DNA of 64,000 nt, taken from the NCBI GenBank assembly GCA_051294905.1, contig CM119373.1, forward strand, positions 18,600,001-18,664,000, in the 5' to 3' direction. Origin of the DNA: Botryllus schlosseri. Its lineage: Eukaryota. Both the position numbers and the translations under genes were made by a program. How positions within the stretch are numbered: position 1 is the first letter of the stretch; each line of letters starts with the position of its first letter. Below, piece after piece: positions 24,201 to 33,399 of this stretch. The notes under the pieces were generated by a model. It was given only the letters and a program-made list of their open reading frames with translations, searched no databases and was not told where the DNA came from.

Positions 24201-26738
24201 ATATTTTGAATTTAATAAATCCGCACATCTCTATTCGCCTCATATATTCGTGCTGATCCCTCGGAGTAAACACAACTTCAAAGCTTTCCGCGTAACTATA
24301 ATCAGATAGGCTGTGATTATCTATTATCAAGATAATAAAAATCGAGATTAAGCAAATAGCGAACTCATATCACAGTTAAGCCAGTGTCAAGTCATGGGTT
24401 TTACAGCTTGACCCATGTATCCCTCTCTAAAGCAAGCAGATATCAGCAAAGCTTTTAGGACGATGCGAAATGAGTGTAAGATGCGAATCGAGTTGTATGC
24501 TCTATTAAATAACAGATTTTGGAATTTGAAATAAACTAGTTATCTCACACGCAAAAGGTGCACATTCCGATTCCGCTTGGTATGAACTCATCTTTCCAGG
24601 CTATCTCGATGACGATCGCGCAGCTCTTGGAAAATAATTGATATTGTATTTTGAAACTTAAGGTACCGGATCCCGTATATGTGTCACTGGAAGCAACAGG
24701 TATTGATGATCTTGTGTTGTCCATTGAAGCCTTCACAGCATATTCGTCTAGTAACCGATCTACTGCTTTGTCAGCAACGCTGATTAGGGACGGGTAAGAC
24801 CTACCTTGTATACGTCACACAATGCATTCATTCCCTATATGCTGAATTCTAATTCTAGTTTTCATGTTGCTTCGGGCACGTTAATATATATTTAAACTGA
24901 GCTTTGACGCTTCATCGCACCTGCATGAAAGCTTTAGAACACATGACTTTGTTATCAGTGGGCACACTGAAGAATAACACCACTAGATACTATTACTATA
25001 ATGATTCCACGTAGATGTAAGGCGACAACTTCTAGGCACTAAAGCAGTGGTTCTCAACCTTTTTATCTTCGTGGGCCCATTTTAAACCGTCATGTACCCA
25101 TACGGTTGTGTCTTGAATATCGATTTGATAGTGTTGTTGTTCTGTATTTAACAAAAAACATTGCTGCTTATCGTCTGACGGATGCCGATAATAATCCATT
25201 TCGACACAAATAGGTGGTGGCGAATGTAATATTGACGCATAAAGCTCCCGGCGACACCATTATTACAGAACATATCACTTCCAGTCATTTTTATCTACGA
25301 GCTCCTCTTGAAGTGATTCTGGAATACTATTGCGATGTATATCACGGGGGAAATGGATTACACGGCGGGGTTTCAATCCCGGTTGAGAACTACTGCACTT
25401 AAGCATTGTCGAGTCGTCTACTAATGTTCCTCTGTATGGCCAAAGGTTGTTAATAAATAACTTCAGAAGACTTATTTCACTTGCCTCACACTACTGATCA
25501 TTTTATTACTGCGTCTTAGGTTCTCGTCATAACACTAAAACAAGAAAATCATTTGGAGATTTTTGCATAGTATAGGCCTATGTGTGTAGCTTTACCGAAA
25601 TCAAATTAACACAGTATCTGTAATACTGATAGCATGCTTCTCCTCAAATTTGTTTCAGGGTTTTATCATGGCCAATGTATGCAATAAATTGGTAGTTGAT
25701 ACAGGTATTTGACTATGCTTGCTCTTGTATGTAAGATTGTCTCTTTCGGCATTTGTTTGAATATAAGTAAAGTTAATTAAACTCAACTTTTCAAAGGTAA
25801 TGAAATACCGAGTAGTAAGTGGCTTGGGAACATGCGTCCCGTATATGTTTTGCAGGGTGCACAAGTGCAATGGGTAAGCTGGATTAGGAAATTATAGTTC
25901 GTGGCGAAATGTTGCACGCTACAGTTCAGTATACTAAGGTGCACAGTGAACACTTCACTCACTGTGGCTGTAACATGATTGAGAGACAATATCGTAGATG
26001 ACTCATTCTTATATATTCCTAGTTGTCCAGACAGAGCCACTGGGTTGGAGATACTTGAGATCGGCCAATCTAACGAAGTGAAATTCTGGTTTCCATCCTT
26101 TCTCCTCACTGATGGTGCCCCGGAAGACGAAATGGAAGGGACCATTTATCTCGAAAGCTTCGTTACTGTCTGCGAAGCGAATTCGGAGGAGTGCATTCCG
26201 GTAATAACCGTGATTTATACATGTATTGTAGGCTGTGGTCTGTAGTAGTTTGATTGGTTCTGAACAAATTTTATGTAATCTCACACCAATTGCACGCTAT
26301 GCTATATAGCATCGATCGACTGGAGTAGTCATGTAATTACCAAAGGCTTAAGATGTCCCTGAAATCAGTCGTAAAGTTTTTCTTTCAAAATTAGAAGAAT
26401 CCAAGAGGCATTATAATGTCTCCAGTGAACACTAGACAATGGATACTAGAACGGAACGAAAATATTCACTAGTGCAATATGTTCAAGTTCACTATAGTCA
26501 AATCATTCGATATGACAACCATGATTTGTAAATTACCAATAAACGGCCTGTGAAATTTGAATCTTAATTTTCGACCTTGGTCACTTGAGTAGATGTGCAA
26601 AACCAGCACCATCGTAATAGAATTCACCTGCTATCGAAGTATTCAGCGAAGACGTGTTGCGTGCTGACGTGAATGATATCATATTTAATCCAGGACTGCG
26701 ATGTAAGGCCGTTGGTTGTGAATCCAGCATTACCGTGA
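20..26738 (+). CDS. Spliced gene, 5'-incomplete: C-type lectin + 5x WxxW + EGF + ZP domain extracellular protein (about 910 aa in window, 19 exons listed below)
   Basis: The 19 exons have AG/GT ends and matching phases and sum to 2733 nt (911 codons including TGA). Domain motifs are recognised in the joined translation. The link from the lectin exons to the WxxW exons is inferred from phase compatibility (1 to 1). Confidence 0.85.
356..479 (+). CDS. Exon: C-type lectin domain, C-terminal part (SPGTNVMLIVW...GHGYVCMKGNNE)
   Basis: cacag| acceptor in phase with the previous exon; the 'YVCMK' end resembles CTLD 'YICEK'; |gtaaga donor, phase 1. Confidence 0.6.
601..634 (-). ncRNA. Minimal type I hammerhead ribozyme (Penelope-like-element type)
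   Basis: Minus strand reads ACCC-CUGACGA-G(UUGCAGC)C-GAA-AAUAUU-C-GGGU: complete core, 4-bp stem I, 1-bp stem II, palindromic stem III, UUC cleavage triplet. Confidence 0.8.
806..1655. mobile_element. hAT-type MITE with AGTCA-rich ends
   Basis: TIR CAGTGTTGGGAT/ATCCAAACACTG, perfect TSD GCATAGTG; related copies at about 13430-13715 and 60585-61490. Confidence 0.9.
1990..2103 (-). mobile_element. tRNA-derived SINE fragment
   Basis: Minus strand GGGGAAGCGAGTGGCGCAGACGGT (A box)...GGTTCGAATCCC (B box); homologous to 46054-46277. Confidence 0.7.
2263..2439 (+). pseudogene. Degenerate WxxW second-half exon (B0), frameshifted
   Basis: 3' part reads GLICKNENEEAWICLDYKVRFCCPIE with an intact |gtaaga donor; in-frame TAG at 2322; an upstream 'LAIAART..HVS' motif lies in a different frame; no preceding A exon found. 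Start is approximate. Confidence 0.55.
2575..2668 (+). CDS. WxxW repeat 1, exon A (SRCSGDSEWTIWFDEDDPDDEGDYEELSDL)
   Basis: ttag|...|gtac, 94 nt, phase 1-2, WxxWF motif. Confidence 0.92.
3432..3622 (+). CDS. WxxW repeat 1, exon B (KEHKDKICKEPSAVQG...CLDYKVRFCCPSD)
   Basis: ttcag|...|gtgag, 191 nt, phase 2-1. Confidence 0.92.
3715..3845 (+). repeat. Second copy of the hammerhead-bearing short repeat; core mutated (GAA to GAT) at 3765-3798
   Basis: acccctgacgagtgccagccgataacattcgggttca; flanks align with the reverse complement of about 578-655 and with 37070-37205. Confidence 0.7.
3937..4030 (+). CDS. WxxW repeat 2, exon A
   Basis: tttag|...|gtagg, 94 nt, WTMWFDEDNPDGKGDYEELSDL. Confidence 0.92.
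5058..6513. mobile_element. hAT-type MITE hosting a nested element
   Basis: TIR CAGTGGTTCCCAAC/GTTTGGGAACCACTG, perfect TSD GACTAGGA. Confidence 0.9.
5124..6085. mobile_element. hAT-type non-autonomous element (CAGGACCGTAAC family), nested
   Basis: TIR CAGGACCGTAAC/GTTACGGTCCTT, TSD TTCCCCAC; family copies at about 31023-31982, 47065-48481 and 59080-59562. Confidence 0.88.
6805..7896. mobile_element. hAT-type MITE containing a nested MITE at 7447-7717
   Basis: TIR CAGGGGTGGGCAAACT/AGTTTGCCCACCCCTG, perfect TSD AGCTAGCG. Confidence 0.9.
9607..9797 (+). CDS. WxxW repeat 2, exon B
   Basis: ttcag|...|gtatg, 191 nt, ends CLDYKVRFCCPIK. Confidence 0.92.
9945..10038 (+). CDS. WxxW repeat 3, exon A
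   Basis: ttcag|...|gtatg, 94 nt, WTMWFDEDNPDDKGDYEELSDL. Confidence 0.92.
10255..11300. repeat. Two oppositely oriented copies (about 10255-10620 and 10945-11300) of the MITE family of 17999-18500
   Basis: Shared 'tttgaccggcttgcc..gcattaaattt..atcaatcgaaagct' block, also at 1656-1945. Confidence 0.7.
13908..14098 (+). CDS. WxxW repeat 3, exon B
   Basis: ttcag|...|gtatg, 191 nt, ends CHDYKVRFCCPIK. Confidence 0.92.
14241..14334 (+). CDS. WxxW repeat 4, exon A
   Basis: tttag|...|gtaag, 94 nt, WTRWFDRDNSGGKGDFELLSDL. Confidence 0.92.
15775..17020 (+). mobile_element. Decayed Chapaev3-like (CMC) DNA transposon with a transposase remnant at about 16430-16630
   Basis: TIR CACTGGTCAACA/TGTTGACCAGTG; flanks TGA/TAA; remnant NMRTKVHFLFRNLGIF..QGERLYQDI..KERYQ matches the 'KxHFL..HL..F..GERFHQD..MExRYQG' motif recalled for this family. 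Confidence 0.7.
17060..17250 (+). CDS. WxxW repeat 4, exon B
   Basis: tacag|...|gtatg, 191 nt, ends CLDYKVRFCCPIK. Confidence 0.92.
17999..18500. mobile_element. TA-flanked MITE (Tc1/mariner-pogo type)
   Basis: About 32-bp TIR CCATAGTGTCCTACAATAGTGTGGACACAAGC (2 mismatches between ends), TA on both sides. Confidence 0.8.
18968..19061 (+). CDS. WxxW repeat 5, exon A
   Basis: tttag|...|gtaca, 94 nt, WTMWFDRDNPGGKGDFELLSDL. Confidence 0.92.
19573..19763 (+). CDS. WxxW repeat 5, exon B
   Basis: tttag|...|gtaag, 191 nt, ends CRDYKVRFCCPLR. Confidence 0.92.
20647..20806 (+). CDS. Exon: 5-Cys EGF-like module and start of ZP-N (SPCEDGTFCGPNAECLDGKCTC...APEITCGADFIQL)
   Basis: tctag|...|gtaata, phase 1-2; EGF Cys spacing; ZP-N first strand 'ITCGADFIQL'. 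Confidence 0.85.
21729..22218. mobile_element. Foldback (near fully palindromic) TTAA-flanked MITE, Kolobok-like
   Basis: TTAA|AGGGGCACTGCG...CGCAGTGCCCCT|TTAA, arms about 235 bp; partial copies near 18700-18850, 54780-55035 and 57260-60350. Confidence 0.8.
22512..22694 (+). pseudogene. hAT transposase dimerization-domain remnant (RKPPANLKTIYEALLTIQPTSVEAERAFNTRGLFVTKFLSRLQDATIDALCFIRR)
   Basis: Matches the hAT C-terminal 'P.TSVxxERxFS.G..T..RxRL.D.TI' motif. Confidence 0.85.
23002..23203 (+). CDS. Exon: ZP-N (IDRCGANAIGFDLEKLRL...RHCTG...KRCNPIVN)
   Basis: ttcag|...|gtgagt, phase 2-0. Confidence 0.85.
23292..23452 (+). CDS. Exon: ZP-N end (DNGTHITYEHTM...IVRDRPIEVDFVCVY)
   Basis: ttgcag|...|gtaaaa, phase 0-2; canonical ZP-N 'NGTHIxY..N/T' and 'FxCxY'. 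Confidence 0.9.
23714..23819 (+). CDS. Exon: ZP-C start (IVSVGINSSGEYDISMHLWSDSDFSVPMTPYTSLR)
   Basis: ttcag|...|gtatgt, phase 2-0; ZP-C 'GxFxxxMxLYxDxxF' pattern. Confidence 0.85.
24663..24793 (+). CDS. Exon: ZP-C (VPDPVYVSLEATGIDDLVLSIEAFTAYSSS...LIRDG)
   Basis: ttaag|...|gtaag, phase 0-2; 'VYVxL' and 'LIxDG(C)' motifs. Confidence 0.85.
26023..26200 (+). CDS. Exon: ZP-C (CPDRATGLEILEIGQSNEVKFWFPSF...IYLESFVTVCEANSEECIP)
   Basis: cctag|...|gtaata, phase 2-0; 'GC', 'RFxFxxF' and 'YLxxxVxVC..C.P' motifs. Confidence 0.9.
26694..26738 (+). CDS. Probable last coding exon (DCDVRPLVVNPALP*)
   Basis: atccag| acceptor, phase 0; supplies the last ZP-C Cys (CxPxC); TGA at 26736-26738. Confidence 0.6.
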   Translation, partial: DCDVRPLVVNPALP

Positions 26739-27206
26739 CAGGAATCCGCAAAGCCGGGGGATTTGGAAGGTAATTTCTTATTTTAACACAGTTCGTAACG
26801 ATGAATTTGCCTTGACCATCTAGTGTCGTATTTCAGACGACATTATCAATTACGATTTCTGGATGCTTTTGCGATGAATTCAGTCGTATGATCACATGAT
26901 TTTGCTTATGCTAGCAGTGCATATCAGATTGTTTAGTCAGTGCGATAGCATGGGTCCGTGTACTTGGCCGCGAAAAGCCGGATTTTCATGAGATTAAAAT
27001 ATGCGTCCGTAAATTTTAACCCTGAGAATGGTACAGCGTTAACACAGAATCAATGGACCTATATTTTGAGTTTTGACACGCATTGCCTTGACCAACAGGC
27101 GAAATTCCTCACAACTATCTAGCAGTCAAACAATATCATTGTAGCCAAATAGCCGAATATTCAACCACTTTCGGCGTACAACGCCATACAATTTACACAA
27201 GCATAG

Positions 27207-27460
27207 CGGGGGACATAGCGTAATGGTGATGATAAGCGGCTGCCAATGTGGTGGACTTGGTTGGATTCCCGTCGGGGGTTTATCTGGGCTCCTCTTCCCT
27301 CGCCGTCGCCTTTCTTACCGCGATAAAAAAAAAGCCCAGAGAAAGACCCGACGGAAGAAATCACTCAAAAGGAATGGAAAGAACTATAGTAGAAAGAGTC
27401 GCGGCTTAAAAAAAAGATCAACATCGAAAAGAACTGTGACATCGGGCACTCTTGGCTGAG
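27207..27460 (+). mobile_element. tRNA-derived SINE
   Basis: A box TAGCGTAATGGT, B-like GGTTGGATTCCC; body 'gtcgggggtttatctgggctc...aaagcccagagaaaga' shared with 46054-46277. Confidence 0.6.
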
Positions 27461-30400
27461 GTGGATGTTAGATTAAAAAGGATCGCAACTGCGTGTTGTT
27501 GACATCCTCCTATCCGATCATTACATCGCATTATGTCTTATCGCATTGCACATTGCGTGTAACTTGCGCAAATGAAAAATATAACTCAACGATTATTACG
27601 CGATAATTAAGCATATTAGACACCGTTAACCCCATTCGGCGCTGTAGCATGATTCTCCCTGCGCTACTCCTTATATTGACAATCGAACATATTGGTATTT
27701 TATATGATGAATATTATATCCTTTACCTATCTCACGTTATATTGGCGGCAACGACGCTGTATAGTAGAATTATTGAATCAGACGAGGAAAATGATCATCT
27801 CGCGTGCTCAACAAAATGTTGATTACAAGTGCTTTGTGGCTTCTATCCAGGGATATCTAGATGTCCATGCTTCTATCCAGCTGTAACTGTCTAGTGCAGA
27901 GTTTCAAGCAAATTTTCTAGCCTAAAATACGCATTATAATAGTGCTCTTCCATGATTAATATGTTCATGTCCAGCCACGAAATCTGATTGACAGGGAGCC
28001 GACCATATATCTTGACGCTCCGCAAACTTGATGAAAATATACCGAAGTCGCCTATGCTGCTGCGCTGAATCGCGCAGTGCGCGAGAAGAAATAATTTGAC
28101 TACAATTGTTGTTGTAGTTAAAAGAGCATCAGCACGATTTGAGAAAAATATGATACATAGATGTCATGCGTAAATGGATTCTTTTATGATAAAGGCTGCA
28201 CGTATGCATATCATTTTCCGGCTACTTCAATCGACATGTTTGACATACAGCTATACAGAGGTAGACTATGTTTTAATCTAATAAATATTAAACTGATAGC
28301 GTGCATTTTAAACAATGTACTCCATATTTTGGTTTTAGACCTACTCCTGACGAATACTACTGTGGCAGGTTACTGAATCAGTAGTACTGATCATTTCATT
28401 GCCCAAGCGCAAATAACTACCGTTCGAGTTGCGTTAGAACAAATAATAATTAGCCTAGCGACTGTAAACGTGACTGCTTCAATGACGACTTAGGTAACTT
28501 ACTGCAGCGAAATGAAAGAACATAGCCACTACATACTACATGACAGTGGTTGATGCCGCATAACGATGTTACATCTAAAATGCCATAAATACACAGGGCC
28601 CCGTAGCCTACGTTGAGTGCATAATATGCTGCATGCTGCAGTGTCCAATGGCGAGATGATTCTCTCGTAAACGGGTAAAACAGCCCATAAAAACTGCGAG
28701 GTGAATGTGAACATATGTAAAGATATTAAATAAACAAGTACAAGTTCAAGACTTGATGAAATAATAACGTTATGTCGGCGTTTGAAATCCCATTAAAACG
28801 TATTGTCGCGCTGTGTTGCAAAACCCTGCCGCGGGCAGCGTGCTTGAGACCCCTGCATAAATCCAAACATTAGATTTCAAAGGACTGTCTGATGGTGCAG
28901 CTATTGCCCTGAGTAACGTTGCAATATTGACGACATCGTGACATTGAAATCGAAGTGCGCGATTCTGCTAATAATGATCTTATCTATTCTCAGGGGCACC
29001 GGATACGAGTGTTACTATTCTTTTGATATGGAGTTTTGTACGTTGAATATACCTACAAATGAACATTTATAATGATTTTTCTTCGCACCATATTCGGAAT
29101 CTGTTTGACACCATGCACTTTGCAGGTTATTTGTATGTGTGTGCCTATCATTTAATATTATATCGATATGCTTGTGAGTCGATTGTGAGACTGTTAATAT
29201 AACTAAATATATAATATAGATTCTATGTGCACGTCATTACGGATTCATAACAGAAGCAGAGAGCAGATTGTATATGAAGTAGATTGCGTTAGGGGTTAAC
29301 GTTTTCTGTTTCGTGCAATATTTGTTGAGTGGTTGATCGAGAATGCACTCCACGCGCAGTAATCATTAGGCATGCGACCTGTCAACTCAGGAACGATAGG
29401 GAAAAGATAATCGACAGCGAATACGGTGAGTCTGGCAGTGGATAAGAAAACCTCACAAAATTATAATCAGCGAAACACTATGAAAGGAACAACATCGTTT
29501 CAGCGACATCACGTCAGCAACTCAATGTTCCGAGGGTCTCTGCGGCATTTTTGAATGTTTTTCAGCCAATACACTGGGACTGAACGAAGGTTTGGATATG
29601 ACATCAAACCATGCATGTAAAGGCCTCATGTCATAAGGAATTTGTTTCGTCTTCGATTGCATCAGGAATATTGTTTAGATTTGGAAATATAAAATTCGCT
29701 TATGTCTGCCACGTAGTTTAGGCGAGGTATTGTATGTTATCTTATAAGACGATATATTCAATATTTTTATGAAATCCAAAGCGTCATCGGTAGATGCCCG
29801 AATGTCCTTTTTTCGGAACTTGTCCCCTTTTCGTAGAAAAAGTGTACAAATACTTGCCAAAATTGAACTCGGTCGTACTGAACGGCAGAGTAGGCTGTTA
29901 GAAAAAACGTAAAATAAGGCCCGACGGGTATTTCGGGAAAGAGAACCGAAAAATCACCTTTTTTTAGTCAACTCATGTATTATAGGAAGAAACGGTGAAA
30001 TGCCCTTTTTTAGTCTGCACAATATTATTACTCGAAAAAGTTTTAAAATCCCTTATTTTATGCCCCGGTAATGTAGCTTTTCAGACTTTTAAAAACGTCC
30101 TCTTTTTCCGATGTTAAAATATGGTAACCCTAAGTTAAGAGACGAAAAATGAACCATTACCGTCCTTGCCTATGTTGAGTTTTTGGCAGCCAATGCCTTG
30201 GCCGATATCCTTCTCATTCAAAATCAAGATGGTGCGTCATTCGTAACAATGTTCAAGTCACAGGGGGTTATGTTATACTGTGTATCATTGCATGGTTCGA
30301 AATATGTGGTGCGCGTAGCGCTATCGTGGTAGCATACTCACGTCAGCTTTTCAGGTAGTAGGTGGGGTCTATCCTACTGCATTCGTCGAATTTATATTTA

Positions 30401-32255
30401 TTACCGTAGTGTTGTTGGTATACTGAAGTCCTGAATGGCAGTTATTTTTCCCTAGCTCGCGTATTAGCAAAACGATGGCATCATATCACTATTGAATATT
30501 TGTAAGCGACAAGATTGATGCACATGCTATACAGTATACATCCCCCAATTTGATTCTCTAAAACTCTCCCTATTTTGAATGCGCCAAAACATTTGCCCAC
30601 TTGAAAACTCAACACCATCTTCAACTGGTGGTCGATGACAGTATAGCGTAGATGCCACAGGCTGTGTTGGAGAGTATGAAAGGGAGTTATTTTCGGCACG
30701 ATGTTTCAGCACGACTAATGTAATTGTCGAATCATCGGGAGGGGCCGCTCACACTTTCATCTGTGTGCCTCGGAGTCAGTGATTTCCAACCGCGGCCCCC
30801 AGCTAGCCTTTTTGCGGCCCTCAGAAAAATATTGAGATATCGATTTATGAACAAAATATATAGATATTTATAAAATACTCTTGCTTGGCTTGGAGTCCGG
30901 ACTTTTCAATTAGGATTGCAGGAAAGTTGTGAGTAGACTGCTAAGATTACGTCACTGTTGTTTCAATGCAATGTGCCCTAACTTTCCACTTGAACGAGCA
31001 GTACCTATAGATATAGTATTGACAGGACCGTAACTGCCGCACCCCAAGCCCCCTAATTGGGGGAGCGAGCTCGAAAGAGGGCCAAAATTATTTAGTTAAT
31101 TAGCATAAATTATAGAGTATTTTACGAAATGTTTTGCAACTTTTTGAAAAATTTTTCGCGCTAGGCGCGATTTCAAGTTTCCACGTGCCTTAATTATTGG
31201 GTACTCTTCCACCAAGATAAAATACGCAAGATTAATAGAAGTGGGCATATCGGCGTTGGTCATTACCGCGCCACGACGCAGGAAGGCCATGTAACATGCC
31301 ATGGAACATCCGACTCCAGGAAGTGTGCCAGAACGATCGGCAGCGAGAAAACCTTGGCCGAAAAGGACTGCCCTTACGCTGACCGAAAACTTCGTTATGT
31401 AGCCTATATACAAAATACGTATAGGTATAATTTGCCATAGGCGCCTAAATGACTGGCGCCGGATGTTCCTGTCTTGGCAATCTGAACCTCACGAAACAAA
31501 TAGGCTACCATCCCGCAGGGAAGAATTATATGCCAGTGAAGAACTACCAATTTGAAATCGTGTGCATCTTTTAGTTTAGTACGTTTGGGCGATTCTACAT
31601 TTTTTGATATAGCAGACTGGAGGTCACGAAATAACATCATGTAACGAAGTCGTACCGACGGGTCCGCCCGTCCGAATATGCTTTATTATTATTTACGAGG
31701 CCCTACAGTTTCCAAAACACCTCACTCAGCTCTACAGGTAGATCTGATTACGTGAGCAGAGAGGACAAGTAATTGATAGCAATATATATGTAATTCCCGA
31801 TCTTATTGATCTATTATATTTTGAATTATAGAAAATTTGCGCGCTCCACGCTGGCTCAGTAAACGGTGATTCTGATTTCGTGTCAGAAGCGAACAATGGC
31901 GCGGGGGGGGTCGGTTTATCACCCTATGGGAGCTCAAGACCTAAGTGTTTTGGGGGCCTGACGAAGTGCTGTTTCGTTCCTGCCAACGAGTATACGCCCG
32001 AAGATGTTTAATTATTATTGAGTGGTCCTACCTTTTCAAACACAACTCACTCGGCTCAACCGGTCAATCTGAGTACGTGAGCAGAGACAGGATAAAAATT
32101 GATACCAATATGTATGCAATTCCCGATTATATTGACCGATTCAATCATGAATTATAAAACATTTTCGCGCTTCGCGCGAATAGTCGATGAAAGCTGCCTA
32201 AAACGGACACCCGATTTAGATGATAAATAGCGGTGAACAGCCATCTACCCTGGTT

Positions 32256-32472
32256 GCCAGAAAAGTCACTCGATGAAACAGCAGTGGATTGAAGGTATAT
32301 TTTAGGGATGCGCGTTACTTTACTCATTGGGTATCATCAAGGGATACTGGGAATCCATTTATTTCACATTTCCATGATTGTTCATTCGATGTCAGAAGTA
32401 CCGATATGTAAAAATGAGAATTGAGATGGCAAGTGAACTTTCAAAACATTAGGTACATTATTACGTATAAAA
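32256..32472 (+). repeat. Direct repeat (about 220 bp) with 36692-36924, flanking the FReD gene
   Basis: Shared 'ctcgatgaaaca..cattgggtatca.caagggatact..ccgatatgtaaaaatgagaattgaga..aacattaggtacattattacgtataaaa'. Confidence 0.85.
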
Positions 32473-32723
32473 CAGGGTTTTACCATATTTTAAAATCGGT
32501 AAAAGAGGACACGCTTTTCAAAATTTTCGAACCCAGAATTTCGGAGAGAAATCTTGAGAAAATGGTAACTTTTTCTCATTTCGTGGTCGGTTGACTAAAA
32601 AAAGGTCAACTTTCTCGCTCAGCGCTCGAAATACAGTTCTTTCCTTCATGTGTAGGCTACAGGTAGTTGACTATAGAAAAATAGGTCATTTTACCGGCGG
32701 CTGAGCAGTGTTGGGTTTTCTGT

Positions 32724-33230
32724 CGAGATGCGTGAATGTGGTTTATTATCGGACAATCATGTGCATTTTATATAAACCAGATATAGCATTTCGTGTATAG
32801 TGCACCTATTTGACAGACAGAGCAAAGACCGGTAGTCATTCAATATGTTAGTGCTCTTGCTGCGGAAAGTTGGTTATTGTCTGCGACATGCTGCTGCTAT
32901 TTCCGAAGCGCAATCCGGAGTCTCTATCGAAAGATTCCGTCATCTCTGTTGACTAAGCGTTGCAAAACTATTATGGATGGTCAGTAATGATTCTGCCGGC
33001 CCATCATTACCACATATGTTAAACATTTTTAGCTGTGTGGTTGATGATTCACAGCCCTACATTATTAAAGTTTAAGCGTCATCCTTCGTCACCTTGATTG
33101 ACATGGTCGTCAATCATCCCATTTTCTTTTGTTCGTGTTGCTGTTGTTTATGACTGAAAAAAATCTGAAAAATATCATGACTTGAATTATTTATTCGATT
33201 AAAATCTAGTTTAATCGGGGGCAAAATGAT
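32724..33230. repeat. Inverted repeat with about 34400-34678 plus 35520-35878
   Basis: 'cgagatgcgtgaatgtggtttattatcggacaatcatgtgcatttta' and 'caccttgattgacatggtcg' occur reverse-complemented in FReD intron 3. Confidence 0.8.
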
Positions 33231-33399
33231 TTTAACCGTTACCCACCGTCACCCAGCAAAATGTAATGTCTTTGAAAAGTCACTTTGATTCGAGTCACCT
33301 CTCAAAAACGACCAACACTACTTCACAGCCAATGTCTCTTTCAAATCCGTTAGTGGGCACTGAAGAGTCACAAGTTTCCGGAACCCTCACCAGTCACAG

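Noticed and set aside
26647-26667. Alternative terminal exon RRRVAC* (furin-like)
   Set aside because: Would remove the conserved CxPxC spacing; the 26694 acceptor fits ZP-C better
30520-30720. Possible second FReD relic (FWRIQNRESFRESNWGMY) on minus
   Set aside because: Too weak; no GFG or FWLG motif follows
27460-32250. Additional gene between the ZP and FReD genes
   Set aside because: Only short ORFs and isolated splice-like sites; no domain motif found
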